A stretch of 64,000 bases of DNA from Anaeramoeba ignava BMAN (GCA_028826165.1 JAPDFW010000082.1:62001-126000); one strand, 5' to 3'. Shown: positions 47,123-60,793, numbered from the stretch's first letter. The notes: generated by a model not told the origin, from the letters alone. Translations and numbers: made by a program.

Positions 47123-49710
47123 ATGAATGAAAAAAAAATTCCTCATAAAAAATTTTTTTGTATTGAATTTCCTGGTTATGTTAAAGATACAGAGAAAGCA
47201 TTAAAAATGTTAGGAGGAATTTCGAGGATTAAAAAATATGCTATTGAAGGGAATTCTACTGATTCATTTACAATAAAAATAATTCCAAATGCAACTCCTC
47301 TTTTTGGAGAAAGATTGACTTCAAATAATTTATTTCTTAAAGTTTCAAAACAAAAAATTTCACAATCTTTTTCTTTTGAACCTGAAATAATCGGTTCAAT
47401 TCCTGAATCTGTTTATTTTAAAGGAATGTTTGATTTTCAATTTATTCAACCTGAATTTTTTAAAAAGGATCAAATTTTGAAAAAATTTAATGAAAATTCT
47501 GAAAATTTGTTTCTTCAACCAAAAAGAATTGATTCTCATGATATTCCTGTTGATTATGCGTATTTTTTACTTTTAAATTCTTTTAATTTTTTTAAATCAA
47601 AAATTTTTTTTTAAAATTATAATTTAAATTTTATTTTTAGTTTTAAAGAAAATCCTTTTTTTCAGTTTTTTAAAAATCAAGATGGAGTAATATATTTATT
47701 TGTTGATTTATTTCCTTAGATTCTTTTAAAGTCTCTTTTCTTATTTTTTATTTATAATTTTTAATTTTAAAAAAAAAAATTAATTTTAGGAATTTGAATT
47801 AAAAAGCAAAAAAACTAAAAAAGTTACTCAAATTTTATTTAAAGAACCGTAATTCAAATTCAAATTTAAATTCAATTCAAAATCAAAATCAAAATTCAAA
47901 TTTAAAAATCAAAATCAAAATCAAATTCAAATTCAAAATTAAAATCAAAATTAAAATTAAAATTAAAATTAAAATTAAAATTAAAATTAAAATTTAAAAT
48001 TAAAATTAAAATTAAAATCAAAATTCAATTTAAAATCAAAATCAAAATCAAAATCAAAATCAAAATTAAAATCAAAATTAAAATCAAAATTAAAATTAAA
48101 ATTAAAATCAAAATTAAAATCAAAATTAAAATCAAAATTAAAAATCAAAATTAAAATCAAAATCAAAATTAAAATCAAAATCAATTCCAAAATCAATTCG
48201 AAAATCAAAATTAAAATTCAAAATTAAAATCAAAATTAAAATTCAATTCCAAAATTAAAATCAAAATCTAAAATCAAATTCAAAATTAAAATCAAAATTA
48301 AAATTAAAATCAAAATTAAAATCAAAATTAAAATTAAAATCAAAATTCAATTTAAAATTAAAATTAAAATTAAAATCAAAATCAAAAAAAAAGAATTCCA
48401 CCAATTCTTCCATTTGATCCAAAAAATGATATAGAAAAAAAAATTCATAATTTATTTGAACGTCGTCCAGTTTGGTCAAGAAGAGCACTCGAATTAATAT
48501 TAAAAAAACCAATAACTAACTTTAAAAAGTAATAAGGAAAGAAAAATTGAATCAAAAAATTTCCAAAAAAAAAACATTAAAAATAATAATTTTTCATCTT
48601 TATTTAATTTAAGTACACTTGAATTATGTGCTTTTAATTATAAAACAGGTCCTTGGAGATCTTTATGGGTTCGTCGTGGTGTTAATTTACTTGAAAATAA
48701 ATCAAATGCAATTTATCAATCTTTAGATTTTCGGATTAGTCGAATTTCTTCTAAAGAGAATACTAATAATAAACAAACTCAACCAATAAGATTTCAAAAA
48801 AGAAAAGAGTAAAAAATTCCAAAAAAAAAAAAGTGGAACAAAAAATTTTTTTAATTTTAAATTAATTTTTTTTTAGAATCGATAAAAATCAAAATGAAGT
48901 TATTTATGATTTTGATATTGCTAAACTTCTTAAACTTCCAAAAAAAAGACAATTTATTTATCAAATATGTGATGTTATTGAAGGTGTTAAATCAATAAGA
49001 GAATTTTATCAAAAAATTGTTTTGAATGAAAATTGTGAAGTAAAAAAATCAAAACATTTAAAATAGTTTTATTATTTAAATTATTTTTATTATTTTTTTA
49101 ATTTAAAAAGGAAAAATCAGGATTTTTAAAAGCAAATGATATTTTAAAAATTAAAAAATTAATGAGAGAACAAGTAGAAAAATTACAAAAAAATCAAAAT
49201 CAAAATCAAATTGAAAATCAAAATCAAAATCAAAATCAAAATGAAAATGAAAATCAAATTGAAATTGAAATTGAAAATGAAAATCAAATTGAAATTGAAA
49301 ATGAAAATCAAAATGAAATTGAAAATCAAAATCAAAATCAAATTGAAATTGAAAATCAAAATCAAAATCAAATTGAAAATCAAAATCAAAATCAAAATCA
49401 AAATCAAATTCAAAATGAAAATGAAAATCAAATTGAAAATCAAAATCAAAATCAAATTGAAATTGAAAATCAAAATCAAATTCAAAATAAAAAAAATCAA
49501 ACTCTAAGTCAAATTGAAAATGAAATCGAAATTGAAATGGAAGAAGAAAATAAGGTTAAAGAATCAAAAGAAGAACAAATCAGAACTCAAAATTTAAATT
49601 TTGATTCTCAAAATATTTCGGAATCAAATTCAAATTCAAATTCAATTTCAGATTCAAATTCAAATTCAATTTCAAATTCAAATTCAGAATCAGAATCAGA
49701 TTCAAATTAA
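47123..49710 (+). CDS. GTF3C5: General transcription factor IIIC subunit 5 (Tau95/Tfc1), multi-exon, N/Q/E-rich tail
   Basis: [20 protein letters not shown]; FKGMFDFQF; [13 protein letters not shown]; [14 protein letters not shown]; YQSLDFRI; YQICDV. Confidence 0.85.
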
Positions 49711-49878
49711 GATTAAGAATCAAATAATAACTAGAATCAAATTTTGTTTAATTTCTTTGTAAAAAGAATAATTTTAAATTTCAAAATAATTTTCATTTTT
49801 TAGAAAAAGAAAAAAATTGAAATAAAAATTGAAATTAAAAACAAATTTCTGTTTGTTTTTTAAGTAAAAAAATTTAGT

Positions 49879-52412
49879 TTAATCAGAATCAGAATTGGAA
49901 TCAGAATCAGAATCAGAATCAGAATTAGAATTAGAATTAGAATTAGAATTAGAATCATCTAAGTGAAAATCAATTTTAAAATCTTTTTGAAGATTATTAT
50001 TATCATCATCAGTAATTTCAATTTCATCATCACTTTCCTTTTTAATTTTAATTTCTTTTTCATCATCACTTTCCTTTTTAATTTTAATTTCATTTTTAAT
50101 TTCTTTTTTAATTTCTTTTTTAATTTCATTTTCAATTTCTTTTTCATTTTCTTTTTCATTTTCATTTTCTTTTTTAATTTCTTTTTCATTTGAAGTTAAA
50201 AATTGATTCAAGTTTTCATTCAAATTTTCTTCTTTATCATCACTTAAAAAATCACTAAAAAAATCATTTTCATCAATTAAATTTTCATCAATTAAATTTT
50301 CATTTTGATTTTTCTGATTAACTTCAATTTTTTGAAATTCTTTAATTGATTTTTGAAGAAATTCATTTGGTTTAAAAATTGTAACACTTTCAATATATCC
50401 TTTTAAATCCATAACTTCAAATATAATATTTAAACCTGGGAATATATAAAACTTGCTTTGAACAAATTTTGCCTTATTTTCAATATAATGCTCAATAGAA
50501 AATGGTTTATTTCCTAATATTTTGCAAATTTGATCAAACTAAATCACAAAAATGAATATTTCATTTATTTATAAAATCAACTTTTTTTTTTATTCTTTTT
50601 TGATAAAATTGTTAAATATCATACTTTCATTGTTGAATTAATTTCTAATTTGTTTGCAAAAATTTTATAGTTGCATTTTTTATATCTATTATTTAATAAA
50701 AAGATACAATTTTTTGATTTTAATTTTTTGATTTGAATTTTTTGATTTTAATCTAATCTAATTTGATTTACTTGTTAAAGTTAATACTTATAGGTAAATT
50801 TGAATAAAATGTAAATTTTTTGATTTTGTGATTTTTTCCATCAAATAAAATATCAATTCCTTTTTCGAAATATTGATAAAAATAATCTGAATTGGATAAT
50901 TTTAAATTTTGAGAATTTGAATTTTCTTTATCTTCTTTATCTTCTTTATCTTCTTTATCTTCTTTATCTTCTTTTTTTTTTGATAATTTTATCAATAAAA
51001 AAATTCAAATTTTGTTTTTTCAAATAAATTTTTTTTTACGAATTTTTGAATAAATTTTATTTGGTGATCCAAATAAGAATAAAGTATCTTGAACAGAATC
51101 TCCAAAATTTAAGTGAGTATTCTTAAAAGTCAAACCATTTAAAAGCTTAATTTATTTTGAATTTAAATTTTAATTATAATTATTTTTATTTTTGAATTTA
51201 AATTTTAATTATAATTATTTTTAAATTTGAATTTAAATTTAGTTTTGAATTTAAATTTTAATTATAATTATTTTTAATTTTGAATTTAAATTTTAATTAT
51301 TTTTAATTTTGAATTTAAATTTAGTTTTCAATTTAAATTTAGTTTTGAATTTAAATTTTGTTTTTCAATTTAAATTTTATTTTTCAATTTAAATTTTATT
51401 TTTCAATTTAAATTTAGTTTTTCAATTTAAATTTAATTTTAAATTTAAATTTAATTTTCAATTTAAATTTTGTTTTCAATTTAAATTTAGTTTTGAATTT
51501 AAATTTTGTTTTGAATTTAAATTTTGTTTTGAATTTAAATTTAATTTTCAATTTAAATTTAGTTTTGAATTTAAATTTAATTTTCAATTTAAATTTAGTT
51601 TTCAATTTAAATTTAGTTTTGAATTTAAATTTTGTTTTCAATTTAAATTTATTTTGAATTTAAATTTTAATTATAATTATTTTTATTTTTGAATTTAAAT
51701 TTAGTTTTGAATTTAAATTTAGTTTTTGAATTTAAATTTAGTTTTGAATTTAAATTTAAATTTAGTTTTCAATTTACTTCGACAGTAAAATCAAATTTTG
51801 TAATGAAACAATCATTTGGAAAATTATCAATAATTGGATAAATCAAAAATTCTGAAAAATTAATTTTAGTTTGATTTTTTAAAAAGAAATCAATATCCTT
51901 TTTATTTTGTGAAGATTTTTCAGGATTATAAGATATTAAAGTAATTCCTGGTCGACTAAATTTAAATATAATAAATAATTCAAAAAAAAAATAAATAGAA
52001 AACAATTTAAAAAAAAATACATTTCATAATAAATATCTTTTCTTTCATCTAAATCTGCTTTATTAAAAGCACCAAAAAATTCTGATGCCTTTTTAATTGT
52101 AAAGAATATTTTATTTGGTTGTGATAATATAACTTCTTTTTTGTCTTTTCCTTGAGAAATTGAGAAAGTTAATTGAGAATTATTAAAAACATTTATTGCA
52201 AATAATAATTGATTTTGAGCTGAAAAAATAAGTCTAATTCCAATTTGTTTAATTATTATTTCTATTGAAGTTTCAAGAAGATTCTTTTCATTGAAAATTA
52301 ATTCAACTTCTCCATAAATTGAATATCTTTTTTCTATAATTTTTATCGCTTCATTAATTGTCATTCCTAAAAAAAAATCTCCTAAAGATTTTCCTGTATT
52401 AATTTGAAACAT
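49879..52412 (-). CDS. PHAF1: PHAF1/C16orf70 (UPF0183) family protein, multi-exon, acidic tail
   Basis: GKSLGDFFLGMTINEAI; GIRLIF..NQLLFAINV; FGDSVQD....GSP.KIY.K; DYFYQYFEKGIDILFDG.NHKIKKF....NLP. Confidence 0.8.
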
Positions 52413-52490
52413 TTTTATTCAAACAAAAAAAAGAAAATTGGAAAAAAAAATGATTTTTCATTTTTCATTTTTTTTTCTTTCTTTTAAAAA

Positions 52491-55400
52491 ATGAATAATT
52501 TTTTTGCTGATTTTACTTTAAAAAATAAAGATTTCATTATCAAACATTTAGAATCAGGAGTTGATGTTAATTCACAAGATGTATAAATAACTCATTCATA
52601 TAACAAATTTATATAACAAATTTATAATTAAATTTATAAACAAATTTATAACTAAATTTATAAACAAATTTATAACTAAATTTATAAACAAATTTATAAA
52701 CAAATTTATAAACAAAATTATAATTAAATTTATAATTAAATTTATAATTAAATTTATAATTAAATTTATAAACAATTTTATAATCAAATTTATAATTAAA
52801 TTTATAATTAAATTTATAATTAAATTTATAATTAAATTTATAAACAAATTTATAAACAAATTTATAAACAAATTTATAAACAAATTTATAATTAAATTTA
52901 TAATTAAATTTATAATTAAATTTATATCAAAATTTATAATTATATTTATAATTAAATTTATAATTAAATTTATAAACAAATTTATAATTAAATTTATAAT
53001 TAAATTTATAATTAAATTTATAAACAAATTTATAAACAAATTTATAATTAAAATTATAATTAAATTTATAATTAAATTTATAATTAAAGTTATAATTAAA
53101 TTTATAATTAAATTTATAAAACAAATTTATAATTAAATTTATAAACAATTTTATAATCAAATTTATAATTAAAATTATAATTAAATTTATAATTAAATTT
53201 ATAAACAAATTTATAATTATATTTATAATTATATTTATAATTAAATTTATAAACAAATTTATAAACAAATTTATAAACAAATTTATAATTAAATTTATAA
53301 CTAAATTTATAAACAAATTTATAAACAAAATTATAAACAAAATTATAAACAAAATTATAAACAAATTTATAATTAAATTTATAATTATATTTATATTTAG
53401 AATGTAAAAGATCTTATTATTTTTTAATTAAATAAATAAATTATTTTTTTTATTATTAGAATGTATTTACATTTTTTTTTATGAAATATTAAAATTTGAA
53501 TTAAAAATCATTTTTATATTGAAATTAGGGAAATACTGCATTACATATAGTTTGTAATAAACACCCAAATTTTGAAATTATTCAAACCCTTCTTTCTTAT
53601 GGAGCTGATCCAAATATTCGAAATGTGAAAAAATTTCAAATAAAAACAAATTAAAACAAATTAATAAAATATTAATAAAATAGAAAGTAAAAAAATCCTC
53701 TTTAAAATTCATTCCATTTTCTTAATTATTTTTTTTTGTAATTAAGACTGTAATTTTAATTTTCAATTTCATAAATGAATTTCAATTTTATAAATGAATT
53801 TCAATTTTATAAATGAATTTCAATTTAAATCTAAAATTAAGAATCATATTCCATTACATTATGCTTGTAGAAGTTTTTCAAGTGAAAAAGTTATTGAAAA
53901 ATTAATTGAAGTTAAATCTGATCTTCTTGCAATAAATGTATAAAAAAGAAAAGAAAAGAAAAGAAAATAAAGGAATTTCTTTCTTAAATTCAAAATAATT
54001 CATTTCAAATTTTTTTTTGTAGAATGTAATAAATATTTAATTCAATTTTGAATTGGAAATTTAAATTGGAAATTTTTTAGTTGGTATTTTTTTTTTTTGA
54101 ATTAATTTTGGATTGTAAAAATTTTAATAAGTTGAAAATATATATAAATAATTAGGGAAATACACCATTACATGTCGCAGCTTTTAATCATTTTATGACT
54201 GATAAAATATTCCAATTATTACTTTCTTCTGGTTCAAATGCAAACCTTCAAAATGTAGAAAAAATTAAAATGAAGAAAAATTAAATTTATTTGAAAAAAA
54301 TTTAAAATGAAAAAAAAAAAAGATCGTAAACAATTTTCTTTTAAAATGGAAATATTATTTAATTTAAAAAAATTTTTATTTATTTAGAATGTAAATATTT
54401 TAATTTTAAAATGTTTGAATTTTTTAGAAATTGAATATTATTTATATATAATAGAAAGAAACTCCTTTGCATATTGCTAGTCAATCACAAAATGAACAAC
54501 AACCTGTTAAAGTTATTATATCTGCTATTAATGATATAAATATTAGAGATGTTTGTTTTAAAATTGCTTTTTTTTTTCTTAATCATTCAATTTTTATAAA
54601 AATAAATTTATTGTTTTAAAAAATTAGAAAGTAAAATTTTAATCATTTTTAATTTTTCTAAATTAATTTTTCTTATAAAAAAAAATAGAATGTTTGTTTA
54701 TGATATTTTTTTCAATCATTTAGAAAAATTTATTATTTATTATTTATTTATTGAATAGAATAAAACTCCACTTCATTTTGCTTGTTTGAATAAAAAATGT
54801 GAAATTGCTTTTGATTTACTTGAAGCAGGTGCTGATCCAAATGCTTTAGATGTGAGTAGAATGAATATTTATTTATTTATTTATTTCAAAAAAAATTATC
54901 TATTTAATTTAACATTTTCACAAACAAAACAAAACAAATTTTTTTTAGAATGTATTTCTGTTTTTTTTTCAAAAAAAAAACAATTTTAATTGAATTTTAA
55001 TTAAATTTTTTAGATGGTATTTTTTTTTTAATTTTTTTTTAAAAAATTTAATTCAATTCAAATAATAAATTTTTTAGGGAAATACTCCTATTCATTTTGC
55101 AATTAAATTTAATCAAAATCCTAAATTAATTGTTGGATTAATTCAAAGAGGAGCAAGAATTAATATTCCAAATGTAAAAAACAAAATCTTTTTTTTTCAA
55201 TCAATTTAAAAATCTAAAATTTTAATTTAAAAATTTAGAAAGTAATTTATGAAAATTCATTTCCCCAAAAAAATATAAATATTCTATTTTTATTCTTTTA
55301 AATTTATTTATTTTTTAGTTAGTAAAATTTTTTGGATAAAATTTCTTCATTTTTTTTTAATTCTAAAAAATTTCTTTTCATTTTGTTTTTTTTTTAAAAA

Positions 55401-56483
55401 ATAATCAGTTTTGGACTCCATTTCATTTTATTTGTAATTTCAAACAAGATCCTCAATTAATTAAGTATTTTCTTGGCATAGGAGCAAATACAACTATTGA
55501 AACAGTAAATATATAAAACGAATTCTTTTTTTAAAAAAATAAAAAGAACTGAAAAAATTTTTTTAGCATGTAATTTGAATTTTAAGTTACTTTTAAAAAT
55601 GATTTGATTTATAAATAAATTTTTTTTTAGAATGTAAATATTTCATCAAAAATTTTTAAACTGAAAATGATTTAAACTGAAAAATTTTTAAATTCAGAAA
55701 AAAAAAGCAACAGATTTTATTCAAGATGAAATGATTTCTCGAGGAATTGAACTTTATAATAAATTTTGCGAAGATTTTCAAAACTTATTCAAATCAGAAA
55801 TTTTAAGCGATATTGAAATTAAATGTTGTGATTATAATTTTCAAGTTCATAATTTGATTTTAAAAGAAAGATTAACAAAATTTGGATATAAAAGTTTGTT
55901 TTTGGAATCTGAAAAAATTAATCAAGAAGAAATGAATTCGTTTTTAGAGTTTATTTATACTGGACAAGTATTGAATGATAATGAATATTTTAATTGTGAA
56001 AAAGTATTTAGAAAAATTGGAATGTTTAATTTTCACAATCAAATTGGAAAAAAAAACTTGTTATTTACAATGAAAAAATTATTTTTGGATGAAAATTCAA
56101 AAGATATTGAATTTGTTGATTCGAAAAATCAAGTTATTTGTAAAGCTCATAAATTTATTTTGGCAGCAAGAACTAAAAAATATTTTGATTTTTTTAAAGA
56201 AGAAAAAGAAAAATATCAGGAATCTTTTAACATTAAAAATCAATTTGTTGAAGAAAGTCAAACTGATAGTGAAGCTTTTAAAGCTTTTGTTTATTTTTTA
56301 TATCTTGATAAATTCCCAAAAAATTTCCAAAATTTTACTTTAATTCAAGATTTAATGAATCTTTCAGGATTTTATAATCTTTTTCAAAACGAATTTTTTA
56401 TTATTCGTGTTCATTCTCATTTTGCAAAAATTAAAAAGAATCAAAAGAAAAAATTAAGAAGAATTAAAAAGAAACAAAATTAA
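52491..56483 (+). CDS. Ankyrin-repeat (7 full repeats) + tandem BTB protein, 25 exons including 16 single-codon microexons
   Basis: Exon 52491-52580; ankyrin exons 53529-53624, 53842-53937, 54156-54254, 54455-54550, 54759-54851, 55078-55173, 55409-55504 (GNTALH, NHIPLH, GNTPLH, KETPLH, NKTPLH, GNTPIH, FWTPFH); final exon 55698-56483 with BTB motifs (SDIEI..FQVHNLILKER; KDIEF..KAHKFILAAR). All phase 0. Confidence 0.9.
52600..53398 (+). repeat. 12-bp (AATTTATAATTA/AATTTATAAACA)n array in intron 1 of the ankyrin-BTB gene
   Basis: Read directly; a related unit recurs at 57700-58090 and 63445-63858. Confidence 0.9.
53401..55633 (+). other. Sixteen 3-nt (single-codon) microexons, two per ankyrin junction
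   Basis: AG|NNN|GT starting at 53401 AAT, 53460 AAT, 53684 AAA, 53747 ACT, 54023 AAT, 54081 TTG, 54323 ATC, 54388 AAT, 54628 AAA, 54689 AAT, 54949 AAT, 55014 ATG, 55239 AAA, 55319 TTA, 55567 CAT, 55631 AAT. Confidence 0.85.
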
Positions 56484-56719
56484 AGAATAAAAATTAAAAA
56501 AGAAAATTTAATTTAATTTTATTCTTTTTTTTGTTTGATAATTTGATTCTTTATTAAAGAAAAATAGGAATGAAAAGTAAAGTAAAAAAAAAAAAGATTT
56601 GAAGAAAAAGAAAGAAAATTTTGTGTTTTTTTTTTTAAGAAAATTTTCTGATTATTTCGTTTTTTTTTTTTGGAGGAAGTTTTTGTTAAAAAAGCTTAAT
56701 TTCTGTATTGAAAAGTTGT

Positions 56720-59558
56720 TTACAGAAGGAGTTTTTCTGTTTCTTCCTTAATTTTGTTTTTCACTCTTAATAAAATTGTTGTTTTCCAAGCATCTAATTT
56801 AGAAAGAGAATCATAATCGAAAACAACATTAGTAAATTGTTCTAAGTCTCCTTCTTCAAAAGCAGTGATTAAATCCTTTAAAAAATTTAAATTTTTAAAT
56901 TTTGAAATGAATTTTAAATTAAATTTTGAAATGAATTTTGAATTAAATTTTTAATTGGATTTTAAATTTTGAAATGAATTTTAAATTAAATTTTGGATTT
57001 TTAATTGAATTTTAAATTGGATTTTAAATTGAATTTTTAATTGGATTTTAATTGGATTTTAAATTGGATTTTAAATTGGATTTTAAATTAAATTTTGAAT
57101 TGGATTTTTAATTGGATTTTTAATTGGATTTTAAATTGGATTTTTAATTGGATTTTGAATTAAATTTTAAATTGGATTTTGAATTGGATTTTTAATTGGA
57201 TTTTTAATTAAATTTTTAATTGGATTTTGAATTGGATTTTAAATTAAATTTTAAATTAAATTTTGGATTGGATTTAAAATTTAATTTTGAATTGGATTTT
57301 GATTTGGATTTTGAATTGGATTTTAAATTGGATTTTGGTTTAAATTTTTTACTCCAAGAAATTTGCATTCACGTTGACTTTCAAATGTAATATCAACTTC
57401 TTGATATTGTTCATACCCTCTTTTGGCTGCAACAAGATCCTATTAGAAATAAATTTTCAGTTAAAAAATGTTTTTTTGAATTAAAATTTTAATTATAAAT
57501 CAATAAATACTCCTCGTGCTAAATGGCATAAACCTGCACGTAAAAAATTCTCTTTTGCTGAATACTTGAGTAAATTATTCTCTAAATATGCTTTTCCAAT
57601 TTCTTCGTAAAGATTAATTGCTCGTTCATATTCTTCCATTAAAGCTGAATACAATGCAACTTTAAGTAAACATTGTTGTGCAAGACTTTTTATTTTGAAT
57701 TTAATTATAAATATAATTATAAATTTGTTTATAAATTTAATTATAAATTGAATTATAAATTGAATTATAAATTTAATTATAAATTTAATTATAAATTTAA
57801 TTATAAATTTTATTATAAATTTAATTATAAATTTAATTATAAATTTTATTATAAATTTAATTATAAATTTAATTATAAATTTTATTATAAATTTAATTAT
57901 AAATTTGTTTATAGATTTAATTATAAATTTAATTATAAATTTAATTATAAATTTCTAGATAAATTTCTAGATAAATTTGTTTATAAATTTAATTATAAAT
58001 TTCTAGATAAATATAATTATAAATTTGTTTATAAATTTGTTTATAAATTTAATTATAAATTTAATTATAATTTTAATTATAATTTTAATTATAATTTTCT
58101 AGATAAATTTCTAGATAAATTTCTAGATAAATTTCTAGATAAATTTGTCAATAAGAAATACCTTTCAGAATTTTCACTGCTATAAAAATCAGCAGCTTTT
58201 TGGAAATGAGCAAGAGCATTTGAAGAATCTCTTTCTTTTTCATAAATTTCTGCAATTTCTTTATGATATTTTGCAGCCATATTAAAACGACCAACTTCAA
58301 TATAATAATCAATAGCTTGTTTATACATTTCAATGGCAGCTAAAAAAAACAATTTTCAAATAAAATTTTTCAATAAAATTTTTAATAATTTTTTGAATAA
58401 ATTATTTTTTTACATTTTTTATCAACTTTAAGTAAACAAATTGCAGAAGAAATTAAATGTGAAGCTGTTTCATAAGTACTTTTTAATTTTAATTGACAAT
58501 TTGCTGCAGATTGAAATGCTTCTGCAGCTTCTTTCCCTAAATTTTATTTTCAATTTAATTTTCAATTTAATTTTGAATTTAATTTTCAATTTAATTTTCA
58601 ATTTAATTTTGAATTTAATTTTCAATTTAATTTTGAATTTAATTTTCAATTTAATTTTGAATTTAATTTTCAATTTAATTTTGAATTTAATTTTCAATTT
58701 AATTTTGAATTTAATTTTCAATTTAATTTTGAATTTAATTTTAATTTTAATTATAATTTTAATTTTAATTTTCAAGTTAAATTTAATTTTAATTTTAATT
58801 CTAAATCTAATTTTCAATTTAATTTAATTTTAAATTTAATTTTAATTTTAATTTTAATTTTCAAGTTAATTTTCAAGTTAATTTTCAAGTTAAATTTAAT
58901 TTTAATTTTAATTCTAAATCTAATTTTAATTATAATTTTAATTTTCAATTTAATTTTAATTATAATTTTAATTTTAATTCTAATTTTGAATTTAATTATA
59001 ATTTTGAATTTAATTATAATTTTAATTCTGATTTAATTTTAATTCTAATTTTAATTTAATTTTAATTTTAATTTTAATTTTCAAGTTAATTTTCAAGTTA
59101 AATTTAATTTTAATTTTAATTTTGAATTTAATTTTAATTTTGAATTTAATTTTAATTTTCAATTTAATTTTAATTATAATTATAATTTTAATTTTAATTT
59201 TAATTTTAATTTTAATTTTAATTTTAATTTTAATTCTAATTTTAATTCTAATTTTAATTCTAATTTTAATTCTAAATCTAATTTTCAAGTTAATTTTCAA
59301 GTTAATTTTCAAGTTAATTTTAATTTTGAATTTAATCTTAAATTTCAAATTTGAATTTTAATTTTTTGTTATTGGATCTTGGATAATTTATTTGTGTTCG
59401 TTATTCTTTAAATGGTTGTATGTACATTTCTTATCAACTTTAAATAGATTAGCTGCTTTAATAAAAAGATCACAAGCATCTTCAAATTTTTTTGTTCCTC
59501 CAAAAAATGCTTTTAATTTTTTTTCAGCTTTTTGTACAATATCTTCTGGTTTTTCCAT
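56720..59558 (-). CDS. SEC17: Alpha-soluble NSF attachment protein (alpha-SNAP/Sec17), multi-exon
   Basis: MEKPEDIVQKAEKKLK..KFEDACDLFIKAANLFK; GRFNMAAKYHKEIAEIYE; LLKYSAKENFLRAGLCHL; FESQRECKFL; YDSLSKLDAWKTTILLRVK. Confidence 0.93.
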
Positions 59559-60097
59559 TTTACTGTTTGTTTTTGTTGTTTTTGTGTTTTAAAGTTTTTT
59601 ATTGATTAAAAATGAAAAATGAAAAATGAAAAAAAAAATAAAAAAAAAAAAGAAAAAGAAAAAGTATTTTGAAAAAATGTGTTTTGAAAAAAATTAAAAA
59701 GAAACAAAAAAAAAAACAAAAAACGTTAATTGTCAAAATAGATTCAAAATAAAATTTATAATTAATTCCAATTAAAGAAAATTTCATTAAAAAAATCCAA
59801 AAAGATCAAAAAAAAAACAAAAAAAAATTTTTCTTTTCTTCATCAAAAAAACAAATATAGCAAAAATAAAAATAAAAATAAAACTAAAAATAAAACCAAA
59901 AATAAAAATAAAAATAAAAATAAAAAATAAAAATAAAAATAAAAATAAAACTAAAAATAAAAATAAAAATAAAACTAAAAATAAAAATAAAAATAAAACT
60001 AAAAATAAAAATAAAAATAAAACTAAAAATAAAAATAAAAAAGACGAAAAATTTCTTTTTCATTTTTTTCCTTTTTTTCAAAATTCAAAAAAAATAA

Positions 60098-60793
60098 ATG
60101 GAAAAAGAAAAAAGAAAACCAAACAAAAAACTAAAGAAATTAATCAAGAAATTAATAAAAGAAGGAAGAATAAAAACGGAAAAGGTGAAAAAAGCGATGT
60201 TAAAAGTTGATCGAGCCAATTTTTTTCCAGAAAAAAGCAAAAATTCAGCATATGAAGATCATGCACATTCTATTGGATTTTCAGCGACAATTTCAGCACC
60301 ACACATGCATGCAATGCAACTAGAATTGATGCAATTAGAACAAGGATTCAATGTTTTGGATATTGGATCAGGATCTGGAATAATATGTGCTTATGCAGGC
60401 AAAATAATAGGAGATGCAGGCAAAATAATTGGAATTGAACATATTGAAAAACTGGCAAATTGGTCAATTGAGAACATTAAAAAGGATTCTCCTGATCTTA
60501 TTGAAAAAGGAATTGCTAATATTGTTGTTGGTGATGGTTTTCTGGGTTGCAAAGACCAAGTTTTTGATGCTATTCATGTTGGTGCTGCTGCTCCTTCTAT
60601 TCCTCAATCTCTTGTTGAACAGTTAAAAATAGGGGGTCATCTTGTTATTCCTATTGGTAATCCAAAAAGTAGACAAAAACTTTTTGATATTACAAAAAAA
60701 GAAAATGGTGAAATTGTAAAAACTTTTGTATCAAATGTGAGATTTGTTCCGCTTTGTAAGAAAGAAGAACAACTCAAAAAAAAAGATGATTGA
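60098..60793 (+). CDS. PCMT1: Protein-L-isoaspartate O-methyltransferase
   Basis: AMLKVDRANF, ATISAPHMHA, VLDIGSGSG, GIEHI..L, FDAIHVGAAA, L..QLK.GG.LVIPIG, VRFVPL. Confidence 0.95.
   Translation: MEKEKRKPNKKLKKLIKKLIKEGRIKTEKVKKAMLKVDRANFFPEKSKNSAYEDHAHSIGFSATISAPHMHAMQLELMQLEQGFNVLDIGSGSGIICAYAGKIIGDAGKIIGIEHIEKLANWSIENIKKDSPDLIEKGIANIVVGDGFLGCKDQVFDAIHVGAAAPSIPQSLVEQLKIGGHLVIPIGNPKSRQKLFDITKKENGEIVKTFVSNVRFVPLCKKEEQLKKKDD

Noticed and set aside
53401-55633. Microexon pairs as recursive splice sites or mutually exclusive exons
   Set aside because: Recursive sites are AG|GT with no retained bases. Ankyrin spacing needs two residues per junction, so inclusion of both is the default reading.
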